Shown here: positions 1 to 12,709 of the stretch, piece after piece
Numbering within the stretch: position 1 is the stretch's first letter
Layout of the letters: the number at the start of each line of letters is the position of its first letter
Source of the DNA: Eledone cirrhosa
Taxonomy: Eukaryota
Reading direction: 5' to 3'
DNA: 64,000 nucleotides
NCBI GenBank assembly: GCA_964016885.1
Contig: OZ024759.1
Location: 20,708,001-20,772,000, forward strand
Translations under genes and position numbers: made by a program
The notes under the pieces: generated by a model
Told to the model about the DNA's origin: nothing
Database searches by the model: none
The model's input: the letters and a program-made list of their open reading frames with translations, nothing else

Positions 1-206
1 ACTTACACACACACATTATATATATAGTGTATAGACTCACACACAGACACACCATATTCACATTACTTAAAGCTATATATATCTCCGATAATTACATGGA
101 TATCTCTGGAGAAGGACCTTCAACTAAACAGTCAACAAAAAAAACCAATCACATCATTTTTCACAATGTCTTCAGCACAACTGACTTTTCAATTGCTCTC
201 AAGATC

Positions 207-825
207 ATTATTACTATTAATTCAGAATTGGTAGAGTGTTGGGCAACATGCTTTGTGGCACTGAGGTCGATTTAATGAACTCTGTCCTCCCTACCCAAAA
301 TTGTTGGCCTTGTGCCTAAAGTAGAAACAATTATTACTATTACTTCAGAATTGGTAGAGTGTTGGGCAACATGCTTTGTGGCACTGAGGTCGATTTAATG
401 AACTCTGTCCTCCCTACCCAAAATTGTTGGCCTTGTGCCTAAAGTAGAAACAATTATTACTATTAATTCAGAATTGGTAGAGTGTTGGGCAACATGCTTT
501 GTGGCACTGAGGTCGATTTAATGAACTCTGTCCTCTCTACCCAAAATTGTTGGCCTTGTGCCTAAAGTAGAAACAATTATTACTATTACTTCAGAATTGG
601 TAGAGTGTTGGGCAACATGCTTTGTGGCACTGAGGTCGATTTAATGAACTCTGTCCTCCCTACCCAAAATTGTTGGCCTTGTGCCTAAAGTAGAAACAAT
701 TATTACTATTACTTCAGAATTGGTAGAGTGTTGGGCAACATGCTTTGTGGCACTGAGGTCGATTTAATGAACTCTGTTCTCCCTACCCAAAATTGTTGGC
801 CTTGTGCCTAAATCAGAAAGCATTA
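207..825 (+). repeat. 123-bp tandem repeat (5 copies) derived from an internally deleted SINE
   Basis: TTCAGAATTGGTAGAG recurs at 221, 344, 467, 590 and 713. The unit shares GAATTGG..AGAG..CATGCTTT and the AATTGTTGGCCTTGTGCCTAAAGTAGAAACAATTATTA tail with the adjacent full SINE. Confidence 0.9.
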
Positions 826-848
826 TTATCTTTATTATCTTTATTATA

Positions 849-1835
849 GGGCGGTGAATTGGCAGTATCGGTAGAGGGTCAGACATGCTTTCCAGCACAG
901 TTACGTCCCTTTACGATCTGAGTTCAAATCCCGCCGAGGTTAACTTTGCCTTTCATCCTTACAGGGTCGATAAAATAAAGTACCAGTAATGCACTGGGTA
1001 ATTGCTGGCCTTGTGCCTAAAGTAGAAACAATTATCTTTATTATAGGGCGGTGAATTGGCAGTATTGGTAGAGGGTCAGACATGCTTTCCAGCACAGTTA
1101 CGTCCCTTTACGATCTGAGTTCAAATCCCGCCGAGGTTAACTTTGCCTTTCATCCTTACAGGGTCGATAAAATAAAGTACCAGTAATGCACTGGGTAATT
1201 GCTGGCCTTGTGCCTAAAGTAGAAACAATTATCTTTATTATAGGGCGGTGAATTGGCAGTATCGGTAGAGGGTCAGACATGCTTTCCAGCACAGTTACGT
1301 CCCTTTACGATCTGAGTTCAAATCCTGCCGAGGTTAACTTTGCCTTTCATCCTTACAGGGTCGATAAAATAAAGTACCAGTAATGCACTGGGTAATTGCT
1401 GGCCTTGTGACAAAAGTAGAAACAATTATTATCTTTATTATTATTATTAGGGTGGTGAGGGCGGTGAATTGGCAGTTTCGGTAGAGGGTCGGACAGAATG
1501 CTTTGCAGCAATAGAGTTACGGCTCTTTACGGTCTGAGTTAGTTCAAATTAACTTTGTCTTTCATCTTTATGGGGGTCGATAAAATAAAGTACCAGTAAT
1601 GTACTGGTGGTAATTGCTGGCCTTGTGCCAAAAGTAGAAAGAGTTATTATTAGGGCAGTGGATTGGCAGTATTGGTAGAGCGTTGGACACCATGCTTTGC
1701 AGCATAGAGTTATGACCCCTTACGTTCTGATTTCAAATCCCACCGAGGTTAGCTTTGCCTTTCATCCTTACCGGGTCGATAAAATAAAGTACCAGTAATA
1801 TACTGGGGTTGATTTAATTGACTTCCCCCAAAATT
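849..1835 (+). mobile_element. Tandem array of 5 tRNA-derived SINE copies (family 1, Meta-domain-like core)
   Basis: Heads GGGCGGTGAATTGGCAG at 849, 1046, 1243, 1459 and (variant) 1653. Box B-like GAGTTCAAATCC, core TTTGCCTTTCATCCTTACxGGGTCGATAAAATAAAGTACCAG, (ATT)n tails. The first three copies are near-identical at a 197-bp period. Confidence 0.85.
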
Positions 1836-1924
1836 GTATATGTTCCTATTCTTGTGTGTATTGAAACTGATCTTGCAGTCGATCCTGTTATTTGTTTATT
1901 TTTGTTGCATGTGTGTGTGTGATA

Positions 1925-2045
1925 TTTCTTAAGAATGAAACAGTTCTAGTCCTGTAGAAGCCATTACTATATTAAATCTTGTATATACTCTGCTATGTAT
2001 TGAGTACCTTACTTACTATGGTTACCCCTGATTAAACCCGAGACA
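1925..2045 (+). mobile_element. Penelope-like (PLE) terminal fragment, family A
   Basis: GAATGAAACAGTTCTAGTCCTGTAGAAGCC...TATTGAGTACCTTACTTAC, also present at 5583-5935 and 39755-39900. Ends in (CA)n. Confidence 0.55.
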
Positions 2046-2104
2046 CACACACACACACACACATACATACATATATTTTGCACCTGTTTGTTGTTACTTT
2101 GAAC

Positions 2105-2161
<57 letters not shown>

Positions 2162-2294
2162 GTGTCTGATGTATATATTTATTATAAGAACAGCTTAAAG
2201 TATAAGCAAAGAATCATTGCTTTCACCCTTAACGGGATCTTTTGATTATATATATATAATTCTTCTCGAGCCCTCTTCAGATTTTACTCTTCAC

Positions 2295-2478
2295 GGCAGT
2301 ATCGGTAGAGGGTCGGATGCCATGCTTTGACATATAGAGTTACGGTCCTTGCCATTCTGAGATCAAATCCCACCGAGGTTAACTTTGCCTTTCATCCTTA
2401 TGGGGTCGATAAAATAAAGTACCAGTAATCTACTGGGTAATTGCTGGCCTTGTGCCAAAAGTAGAAACAATTATTACT
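2295..2478 (+). mobile_element. SINE family 1 copy
   Basis: Same core and GGCCTTGTGCCAAAAGTAGAAACAATT tail as 849-1835. Confidence 0.85.
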
Positions 2479-2542
2479 ATGTATATATATATAAAGGAGG
2501 AAGTTATAGTTCACTTGAAGCATTGTGTAATGAGGAATAAAT

Positions 2543-2950
2543 GTTTGTATATGTATAATAAAGCCAAAACAATGCAGGTATGGACATAGAATAAAGAATG
2601 CAAATGCAAAAGATATTGTTGACAATTAGCCTTTTACCTTAGATTTATTTAAATGTCCTTAATTTTCGAGATAATATCTCTTCTTCGGAGGGAAGTAAAG
2701 CGGTTAAACCAGTGTTCTAAATAGCCTGCCAAGTCATGCTGACAGGAAATGGTATAGAGTATCTGTTCTATCTCTAATGTCAAATTATTCATCTCTCATA
2801 TATATATATATATATATGGGAGATGAAAAATTAAGGACATTTAAATAAATCTAAGGTAAAAGACTAATTGTCAACAATATCTTTTGCATTTGCATTCTTT
2901 ATTCTATGTCCATACCTGCATTGTTTTGGCTTTATTATACATATACAAAC
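2543..2950. repeat. Inverted repeat with ~124-bp arms (PLE-like fragment with degenerate hammerhead on minus strand)
   Basis: 2543-2666 is the reverse complement of 2827-2950. The minus strand at ~2655-2698 reads CCT-CCGAAGA-AGAGATATTATCTC-GAAA-AT-TA-AGG. Confidence 0.85.
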
Positions 2951-2965
2951 CTTTATATATATATA

Positions 2966-2995
<30 letters not shown>

Positions 2996-3003
<8 letters not shown>

Positions 3004-3075
3004 AGATCAAAAGATGGTTAAAGGAGTTCCATATATATATGGAACTCCTTTAACCATCTTTTGATCTTATATTAT
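2996..3075. repeat. Perfect 80-bp palindrome centred on (AT)5
   Basis: ATAATATAAGATCAAAAGATGGTTAAAGGAGTTCC-ATATATATAT-GGAACTCCTTTAACCATCTTTTGATCTTATATTAT. Confidence 0.95.
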
Positions 3076-3251
3076 GCATACTCCAGTCCCACAAACTGTA
3101 GAGTGCTTCTTATCCGATATCTGCATTGCTTTATTGTACTACAATAAAACTCACCTCCTACACATATATATATATATACTTAGGGTAAACATTGAGACAA
3201 TTCAATTCAAGCACTCAACGTACTTATTCCACATAAGAATGACGGAGTATA

Positions 3252-3326
3252 TTTAGAATAAGAAAATGCAAATTAGTTTCAGATTTTAAAGTCCTTTATT
3301 GCTAAGACTGTGATACATATTTTGAA

Positions 3327-3372
<46 letters not shown>

Positions 3373-3447
3373 TTCAAAATATGTATCACAGCCTTAGCAA
3401 TAAAGGACTTTAAAATCTGAAACTAATTTGCATTTTCTTATTCTAAA
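3252..3447. repeat. Near-perfect ~196-bp palindrome centred on (TA)n
   Basis: TTTAGAATAAGAAAATGCAAATTAG...GAAATATG-(TA)n-CATATTTC...CTAATTTGCATTTTCTTATTCTAAA, with one arm mismatch. Confidence 0.95.
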
Positions 3448-3639
3448 AATATATATATATATATATATATATTGTGTTTGCCATATGTATGTAGTAGAGG
3501 GCGAAGACGATGGTGATGTAATGAAATTATTACTATTATTATTATTATTATTATTATTATAATATTTCTTTCACTCTACCCCCATGCTCGCTCCCCTCCA
3601 TGTACTCATCTGACTTCTATATAATCGACAAGGCGTGGC

Positions 3640-3971
3640 CTGTCATCATCATCATCATCATCATCATCAGCTTCAAATATCTATTATCGATCATTTTTGT
3701 TATCATTATCGTCATCACTTATTTGTTCAGATCCTCTAATCATCATCTAATCATCATCGGCATCAAATATCTCTATTATTGATCGTTTTCATCGTCATCA
3801 TCATCATCATCATCTTTATCATCATCTTTATCATCATCATCATAATCATCAGCATCATCATCATCATCATCATCAGCATCATTATCATAATCAGCATCAT
3901 CATCATCATCATCATCATAATCATCAGCATCATTATCATCATCGTCATCATCGTCATCATCATCATCATCG

Positions 3972-4002
<31 letters not shown>

Positions 4003-4117
4003 ATTTATCATCATCATCATCATTATCATCATCATCATCTTTATCATCTTTATCATCATCATCATTATCGTTATCATTATCATCATCATCATCATCATTA
4101 TCATCATCATCATCTTT

Positions 4118-4192
<75 letters not shown>

Positions 4193-4222
4193 TTTATCAT
4201 CTTTATCATCATCATCATCTTT

Positions 4223-4260
<38 letters not shown>

Positions 4261-4312
4261 TATCGTTATCATTATTATCATCTTTATCATTATCAACATC
4301 ATCATCAACATC
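3640..4312. repeat. (CAT)n trinucleotide microsatellite
   Basis: Long interrupted CAT/TAT run; source of the poly-I/M/D ORFs. Confidence 0.95.
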
Positions 4313-4377
4313 ACATACTTCCTCAGATCTGCTGACGCTGTCAGCAACATTCTTTTGACAACTAAGGACATACAGAC

Positions 4378-4454
4378 ATATATATATGTGTGTGGGTATG
4401 TATATATATGTTTGTGTGTGTCTGTGTGTATATATGTATATGAGTGTGTGTGTG

Positions 4455-4519
<65 letters not shown>

Positions 4520-4958
4520 GTGTGTGTACATATATGTGTGTGTGTATATATGTGTATATATATATATGTGTGTGTATATATATGTATATATATATGTGTG
4601 TGTGTATATATATGTATGTGTGTGTATATATATGTATATGTGTGTGTATATATATATATATGTGTATATATATACATATGTATATATATGTGTGTGTGTA
4701 TATGTATATATATGTGTGTGTATATATATATATGTATATATGTGTGTGTATATATATATATGTGTGTGTATATATATATATGTGTGTATATATGTATATA
4801 TATATATGTGTGTATATATATATGTAAATATATGTGTGTGTGTGTATATATATATATGTATATATATGTGTGTGTATATATATATATATGTATATATGTG
4901 TGTGTATATATATATATGTGTGTGTATATATATATATGTGTGTATATATGTATATATA

Positions 4959-5001
<43 letters not shown>

Positions 5002-5166
5002 ATATATATGTGTGTATATATATATGTATATATGTGTGTGTTTATATATATATATGTATATATGTGTGTGTGTATATATATATGCATATGTGTGTGTGTG
5101 TGTGTATGTATGAATGTTCGTATATGTATATAACTAAATTTTTCTCTCTGTTTATCTCTGTATACA

Positions 5167-5210
<44 letters not shown>
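4378..5210. repeat. Compound (TA)n/(TG)n/(CA)n microsatellite
   Basis: Direct inspection. Confidence 0.95.
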
Positions 5211-5212
<2 letters not shown>

Positions 5213-5582
5213 AACAAACAACAACAAAAAACAAAAAAGATAAGATAAAATGTAAACAGAAAATATTCTGTAGAAAAATGAATAAACATAACGACTTTTA
5301 CTTCTCCGTCCCCTCCCCTCCTCTCCCTCGCCCCCACCATCCGTTAAATTAAATTAAATGTCAAATTAATTGGACACGCATAAAATAAAGGAGAATGGAA
5401 TAAAGTGTATGTATGTGGTGGCGGTGGTGAGGCTATATAGAGGGGTATGGTGGTGTTAAATATGATGTGGTGATGCTTGCTTGGTGATAGGAGGTGGATG
5501 GTAGGTGCAGTGATAGAAATGGTTGACAGTGGAAGTGGTGGGTTTGTATATATATATATACATATAAACACACACATACAGA

Positions 5583-5935
5583 GTGCTTTCCTGATGATTT
5601 CTTCCGAATTAAACAGTTCTAGTCTTGTAGAAGCCATTTCTATATTAAATATTTATACTCTGCTATGTATTGAGTACCTTACTTACTGTGGTTACCCCCA
5701 ATTGAATACAGGATAAACATATATATATATATATATGTGTGTGTGTCCCAGGTTCATTCGGGGGTAGTCACAGTAAGTAAGGTACTCAATACATTAGTAG
5801 AGTGTATGCAGCAAAATTTAATATAGAAATGGTTTCTACAGGACTAGAACTGTTTCATTCGAAGGAAATCATCAGGATAGCTTTCCTGAAGATTTCCTTT
5901 GAATGAAACAGTTCTAGTCCTGTAGAAGCCATTTC
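5583..5935. mobile_element. Three PLE family A fragments in alternating orientation (+,-,+) carrying hammerhead cores
   Basis: Copies at + 5583-5716, - 5745-5878 and + 5880-5935. The minus-strand core CTGATGA-TTTCCTTCGAAT-GAAAC-AGTTCTA-GTC lies at 5875-5842, with a CTGAAGA variant at 5886-5919 (+). Confidence 0.6.
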
Positions 5936-5999
5936 TCTCTCTTACTCTCTCTCTTTTACTCTCTCTTTCTCTCTCTCTTTCTATATATATATATATATA

Positions 6000-6265
6000 G
6001 TTATAATTTGGGAGGGCTATGCTGCCAATAAAAACACCTGTAGGTTTCACTTCAATTTAGCACACAACACAAAAACAAGATGCTGTAGGACAGAACAAAG
6101 GAGGGACACAAAATAAAACACTAGTCACTGAGGAGGTCACAGAATGTGTGACGAATGAGATTTGACAATATATAACCAACCAACCAGAAATTTATAATAA
6201 ATTGAAATGAAAACCTACAGGTGTGTGTATTTTTATTGGCAGCATGACCCTACTAAAGTATAACA
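6000..6265. mobile_element. PLE-like fragment (family B) with diverged inverted arms and degenerate hammerhead
   Basis: 6000-6058 is inverted relative to ~6198-6264. GTCA-CTGAGGA-GGTCACAGAATGTGTGAC-GAAT...TGAC at ~6124-6168. A related copy is at 17315-17470. Confidence 0.4.
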
Positions 6266-6269
6266 ATAT

Positions 6270-6601
6270 GGAGGCACATGGCTTAGTGGTTAGAGCATTG
6301 GCCTTGCAATCGAAAGGTTGTGAGTTCAATTCTCAGACCGGGTGATGTGTTGTTTCCTTGAGCAAGACACTTTATTTCACATTGCTCCAGTTTACTCAGC
6401 TGTAGAAATGAGATGATAGGGACTGGGGTCTCTATCATTCCACTGCAAAGTGGTCGTGGAGGTGCCACGGCAAAAAAGCACCCACCACTCACTGTAAATG
6501 AGGTTGGTGTTAGGAAGGGCATCCAGCTGTAGAAATTAAGCCAGAATCAGTTTCCGTCCCACCCTTGCAAGCAGGGAAAAGTGGACGTAAAATGATGATG
6601 A
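6270..6601 (+). mobile_element. tRNA-derived SINE family 2
   Basis: A box TGGCTTAGTGG, B box GAGTTCAATTC, core TCCTTGAGCAAGACACTT, tail GTTAGGAAGGGCATCCAGCTGTAGAAA...GGACGTAAAATGATGATG. Near-identical to 18372-18755. Confidence 0.85.
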
Positions 6602-6603
6602 TT

Positions 6604-6860
6604 GACAGTCGATCAACAAGATCCCAGACCTCATTTCCTTAACGAGTGGGGTGGAGCTCATCAAATCAGACGGAGGAAACAATGTTTCCATTGGTCTTTC
6701 CAATTGCTAATACTATCTACTGGTCGCAAATCCAGGCAGAGGGAGCAGCGTGAGATATACTGTCTTATCAAGGACACAATGCATTACCTGGTCCGGGAAT
6801 CAAACTCATAATCTCACAATTGCAAATCCAATTCTCTAACTACTCAGCTATTCATCTTCA
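6604..6860 (-). mobile_element. tRNA-derived SINE family 3 (old copy)
   Basis: Homologous to 18991-19195 and 36360-36570 (GAGGAAACAATGTTTCC.TTGGTCTTTCCAATTGCTAATACT); tRNA-like head on minus strand. Confidence 0.75.
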
Positions 6861-7157
6861 CTATATATATGTATGTAGGTATGTATATATTGAATTTTGG
6901 TTAAAAGTTATTTTATTAATTTCCAAATCCATTTTGATTTAACGAAATGTAACTGGTGGTGTTATTGTTGCTGTTGATGGTGGTGGTGGTAATGAAATTT
7001 GGTGGGATTGCATGATATTGAGTCCAGACAGCACAGCAGTTTGAACAATCTGCTAGAAAGATGTGTGTGAGACAATACAGCAGAGAGAAAGAGAGGGAAA
7101 CAATGGAATGTCTTTTCAATAGGAGAGCAAATCAGTGAATTCAAAAATATGATAAAT

Positions 7158-7345
7158 AATTGTTTCTACTTTAGGCACAAGGCCAGCAATTACCCAGTGC
7201 ATTACTGGTACTTTATTTTATCGACCCCGTAAGAAGGATGAAAGGCAAAGTCAACCTCGGCGGGATTTGAACTCAGATCGTAAAGGGACGTAACTATGCT
7301 GGAAAGCATGGCGTCCGACCCTCTACCGATACTGCCAATCCACGA
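7158..7345 (-). mobile_element. SINE family 1 copy
   Basis: Reverse complement of the family 1 core and tail. Confidence 0.85.
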
Positions 7346-7374
7346 TAAATAATAACCTTAGCAATGGAGTTTAA

Positions 7375-7613
7375 CCCTATAATTACCAATCCGGCCAAAA
7401 CCGGCTCTGGTTCTCTGAATTACTGCATTGAAGTCACCCATTTTGAAGGGTTTCTATTTAAATTAAAATCTTCCATCATAGTTTTATATAAGAAACTTAC
7501 ATTAACTTACTATTTTAGTAATGAAATAATTAATAATTTTAATAAATCCCTCAAAATTCTTCATTAATTAATTGAAACAGAATGTATTTTATTAGAAATC
7601 GGTTATGAAAGGG
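7375..7613. mobile_element. piggyBac-like MITE
   Basis: TTAA-CCCT...AGGG-TTAA, with TTAA at 7371-7374 and 7614-7617 and an imperfect 13-bp TIR (CCCTATAATTACC / GGTTATGAAAGGG). Confidence 0.65.
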
Positions 7614-7718
7614 TTAATGCCAAGGAAATAGCTTTTTTAGATATCAAAATTTCAAAAGCAGATGGAAAAAAAAAAGAAGCAGACATTTTCTCTGAATCTA
7701 TACTCCTTCATCACACAG

Positions 7719-7741
7719 CTGTGCCTGTAAATATGTTCATG
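7719..7741 (+). CDS. Candidate micro-exon (AVPVNMFM)
   Basis: Pyrimidine tract + CACAG acceptor and ATG|GTATGG donor. Phase-compatible with the 9156 candidate. No homology support. Confidence 0.2.
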
Positions 7742-8045
7742 GTATGGCTTACATGAAGGAGGTGCATAGTTATTAAGTGGCATAGTTAAGTGAAGATGGC
7801 CTATAGCAATAGATTATGAACTTGGGTCTCCAGTTTGTTGGTGTTTGCCTCAACTCTGACATCATTAATTTGTTAGTCATAGAAAATACTTACAGTAAAT
7901 ATCGTAAAAATACATTAACAAGGGCAATTTGAATATTATTTCTATGGCAATTTTTACCTGTTTTGAATATACGAGTATTGAACATATTTGTATATTGATA
8001 TATAAATATAATGTGTCTGTTTATTAATTATATATGTATATATAA

Positions 8046-9045
8046 ATGTGTGATTGTGTGCGTGTGTGTGTGTGTCTCTCTCTTTATCTGTATACGTAGA
8101 TGTTATTGTGTGTGTGTCTCTCTCTATCTGTATATATAGATGTGTGATTGTGTGTGTGTCTCTCTATCTGTATATATATAGATATGTGATTGTATATGTG
8201 TGTGTGTCTCTCTTTATCTGTATATATAGATATGTGATTGTGTGTATGTGTGTCTCTCTCTATCTGTATATATAGATATGTGATTGTGTATGTGTGTGTA
8301 TCTCTTTATCTGTACATATAGATGTGTGATTGTGTATGTGTGTCTCTCTCTATCTGTATATATAGATGTGTGATTGTGATTGTCTCTCTCTATCTGTATA
8401 TATAGATATGTGATTGTGTGTATGTGTGTCTCTCTCTATCTGTATATATAGATATGTGATTGTGTATGTGTGTGTATCTCTTTATCTGTACATATAGATG
8501 TGTGATTGTGTATGTGTGTCTCTCTCTATCTGTATATATAGATGTGTGATTGTGATTGTCTCTCTCTATCTGTATATATAGATATGTGATTGTGTGTATG
8601 TGTGTCTCTCTCTATCTGTATATATAGATATGTGATTGTGTATGTGTGTGTATATCTCTATCTGTACATATAGATGTGTGATTGTGTATGTGTGTCTCTC
8701 TCTATCTGTATATATAGATATGTGATTGTGTGTATGTGTGTCTCTCTCTATCTGTGATTGTGTATGTGTGTGTCTCTCTCTATCTGTACATATAGATGTG
8801 TGATTGTGTATGTGTGTCTCTCTCTATCTGTATATATAGATATGTGATTGTGTATGTGTGTGTCTCTCTCTATCTGTATATATAGATATGTGATTGTGTA
8901 TGTGTGTGTATCTCTTTATCTGTACATATAGATGTGTGATTGTGTATGTGTGTCTCTCTCTATCTGTATATATAGATGTGTGATTGTGTATATGTGTGTA
9001 TCTCTTTATCTGTATATATATAGATGTGATTGTATGTATGTATGT
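8046..9045. repeat. ~44-bp minisatellite (GTGATTGTGTATGTGTGTCTCTCTCTATCTGTATATATAGAT)
   Basis: More than 20 tandem, length-variable units. Confidence 0.9.
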
Positions 9046-9155
9046 GTATCTATCTATCTATCTATATATAAATACACATAAACACACACATATATATATA
9101 TATTTATAAAGGTATTATATATATATAGAGAGAGACGGTATTATATTATATACAG

Positions 9156-9230
9156 AGGAACAAAGAAGCTTTAAGAATTTATGACGCCACACTAATAAAT
9201 ATACCATTGGCACCAGCAAAACTGCTTGAA
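9156..9230 (+). CDS. Candidate 75-nt exon (RNKEALRIYDATLINIPLAPAKLLE)
   Basis: TACAG acceptor, GAA|GTAATG donor, open phase 0-0; a unique island between repeats. Confidence 0.25.
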
Positions 9231-9231
9231 G

Positions 9232-9440
9232 TAATGATGACGGTGGTGATGGTGATGGTGGTGGTGTTGGTAGTGATGGTGTTGGTGGTGGTGGTGTTGG
9301 TGATGGCGGTGGTGATATTAATGGTGGTGATGGTGGTGTTGGTGTTGGTGATGGTAGTGGTAGTGGTGGTGGTGATGGGAATGTTAGTGGTGTTGATGGT
9401 AGTGGTGGTGGTGGTGGCAGGGAGGTGGTAGTGGTAGTAG
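9232..9440. repeat. (GGT/GAT)n microsatellite
   Basis: Direct inspection. Confidence 0.9.
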
Positions 9441-9594
9441 AATAGAAATGATAGTGGTGAAGGTGGGGATGTTAGCAATACAAATGATGATTGTGATGAT
9501 GATGGTGGCAGTATGGGGTATGAAGTATATACTGTGTAAAATGAAAGTGTGACTCATTAACCACCACTTTACCTGGCTGAGAATGAAAGAGAAT

Positions 9595-9677
<83 letters not shown>

Positions 9678-9956
9678 GTATGTATATATATATGTATATA
9701 TATGTATATATGTATATATATGTATATATGTATATATATGTATATATATATATGTATATATATATATGTATGTATATATATATGTATGTATATATATATG
9801 TATGTATATATATATATGTATGTATATATATATATGTATGTATATATATATGTATGTATATATATATGTATGTATATATATATGTATGTATATATATATG
9901 TATGTATATATATATGTATGTATATATATATATGTATGTATATATATATATGTATG

Positions 9957-9987
<31 letters not shown>

Positions 9988-10212
9988 GTATATATATGTT
10001 AATATATGTATATATATATATGTATATATATATATGTATATATATATATGTATATATATATACGTATATATATATACGTATATATATATACATATATATA
10101 TATACGTATATATATATACATATATATATATACATATATATATATATGTATGCATATATATCATATATGTATATACGTATATATATATATATATTATGTA
10201 TATATATATACG

Positions 10213-10279
<67 letters not shown>

Positions 10280-10542
10280 ATGTATATATATATATCATAT
10301 ATGTATATATGTATATATATATATATATATCATATATGTATATATGTATGTATATATGTATGTATGTATATATATATATATGTATATATGTATGTATGTA
10401 TATATATATATGTATGTATATATGTATATATATATATTTATATATATATATATGTATATATATATATCATATATGTATATATATATATATCATATATGTA
10501 TATATGTATGTATATATGTATGTATGTATATATATATATATG

Positions 10543-10575
<33 letters not shown>

Positions 10576-10685
10576 GTATATATATATATATATATAATGT
10601 ATGTATATATATGTATATATATATCATGTATGTATATATATGTATATATATATATGTATATATATATCATGTATGTATATATATG

Positions 10686-10733
<48 letters not shown>

Positions 10734-10758
10734 TACATATATGATATATATATATACA

Positions 10759-10802
<44 letters not shown>

Positions 10803-10860
10803 TATATGTATGTATGTATATATGTATATATGTATGTATGTATATATATATATGTATGTA

Positions 10861-10892
<32 letters not shown>

Positions 10893-11321
10893 ATGTATGT
10901 ATATATATGTATGTATGTATATCATGTATGTATATATATATATATATATAATGTATGTATATATATGTATATATATATATCATGTATGTATATATATGTA
11001 TATATATATCATGTATGTATATATATGTATATATATATCATGTATGTATATATATGTATATATATATATATGTATATATATATCATGTATGTATATATCA
11101 TGTATGTATATATCATGTATGTATATATATGTATATATATAATGTATGTATATATATATAATGTATGTATATATATATAATGTATATATATATAATGTAT
11201 GTATATATATATATATAATGTATGTATATATATATATCATGTATATATAAATAATGTATGTATATATATATATAACATATATATATATATAATGTATGTA
11301 TATATATATATCATGTATATA

Positions 11322-11366
<45 letters not shown>

Positions 11367-11376
11367 TATATATATA
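9595..11376. repeat. Long (TA)n/(TATG)n microsatellite
   Basis: Direct inspection; source of the YI-repeat ORFs. Confidence 0.95.
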
Positions 11377-11579
11377 AGCAGGGTCTGCTCTGACATTATT
11401 GAAAGCCATTAGTCATAGAAGCCAAGCTGGATGGTGATTTCCTGCTGTGTAACAACATATTTATGTATAACTGTGTATGGTGTGTGTGCGTGTATTGTAT
11501 GTATGATGTGTGTGTTGTATGTCTATGGCGTGTGTGCTTGTCATATGTAGGTATGCTGGTATGTATGCTTGTACATACT

Positions 11580-11664
11580 CACACACATATATATATATGT
11601 GTCTATATATGTCTGTATATAATGTACACAAACATATATATATATGTGTGTGTATATATGTATG

Positions 11665-11735
<71 letters not shown>

Positions 11736-11917
11736 GTACATAATGTACACAAACATATATATATATATATATATATATATGTCTGTACATAATGTACACA
11801 AACATATATATATATATATATGTCTGTACATAATGTACACATACATATATATATATATATATGTCTGTACATAATGTACACATACATATATATATATATG
11901 TCTGTACATAATGTACA

Positions 11918-11954
<37 letters not shown>

Positions 11955-12110
11955 TTACATACATATATTATTTATATGGAACATGTGTTTGTGAGTGTTT
12001 GCACACACAAACACAACTACTCACGTATACACACACACACACACACACACATACACACACAGACTCTCACAGACATGTACACACCGTACACACACACAGA
12101 CCCACACACA
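11580..12110. repeat. TA-rich minisatellite (GTCTGTACATAATGTACACA..(TA)n) followed by (CA)n
   Basis: Repeated CTGTACATAATGTACAC motif separated by TA runs. Confidence 0.85.
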
Positions 12111-12324
12111 CTTACACAATGAAGTCATTAGGTGTGAAATATGCTAATCCAAATCAATTTTTGTGATGATATCACAAACAAAAGGTCTCTGTGGAAACAC
12201 ACCAAATTGGATACTTTTTCTCGTGCTTCTCTTCTTTTTTCTCTTCTCTTCTTTTGACTCATTTGTATCGTTTCTTTCTTTTCTTCATTATTCTCTATAC
12301 TTTATCCTTCCTTCCTTCTTCCTC

Positions 12325-12552
12325 GCTCTTCTCCCTCTCATCTCTCCTCTCTCTCCTCTCTCTCATCTCTCCTCTCTCTCCTCTCTCTCATCTCTCCTCT
12401 CCTCTCTCTCTCTCATCTCCTCTCTCTCATCTCTCATCTCCTCTCCTCTCTCTCATCTATCCTCTCCTCTCTCTCATCTATCCTCTCCTCTCTCTCCTCT
12501 CTCTCATCTATCCTCTCCTCTCCTCTCTCTCCTCTCATCTCCTCTCCTCTCC
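12325..12552. repeat. Polypyrimidine (CT/CTCCT)n tract
   Basis: Direct inspection. Confidence 0.9.
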
Positions 12553-12709
12553 AAGCTAAACCTGTATTTACAGGATCCTACACTATAATAATTGAATTGT
12601 TTACTGTGTGTTAATATATTTCATGTAGAAAGCATTTTAAAATATACCTAACCAGACATAATTATGTGGTTAGCAAGCAAGCAATCAAAGAAATATATAG
12701 ATGTCCCTT

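Noticed and set aside
207-1835. CRISPR-like array or tRNA gene cluster
   Set aside because: No unique spacers; the units are SINE-derived, with A/B-box-like heads but no complete cloverleaf.
3763-5243. Poly-D/M/I and YI-repeat ORFs (also at 9.5-12, 23-24.5 and 31-34 kb)
   Set aside because: Microsatellite translations.
12117-12190. Minus-strand exon with good CAG/GTAAGT sites
   Set aside because: Stops in all three frames; at most a non-coding exon.
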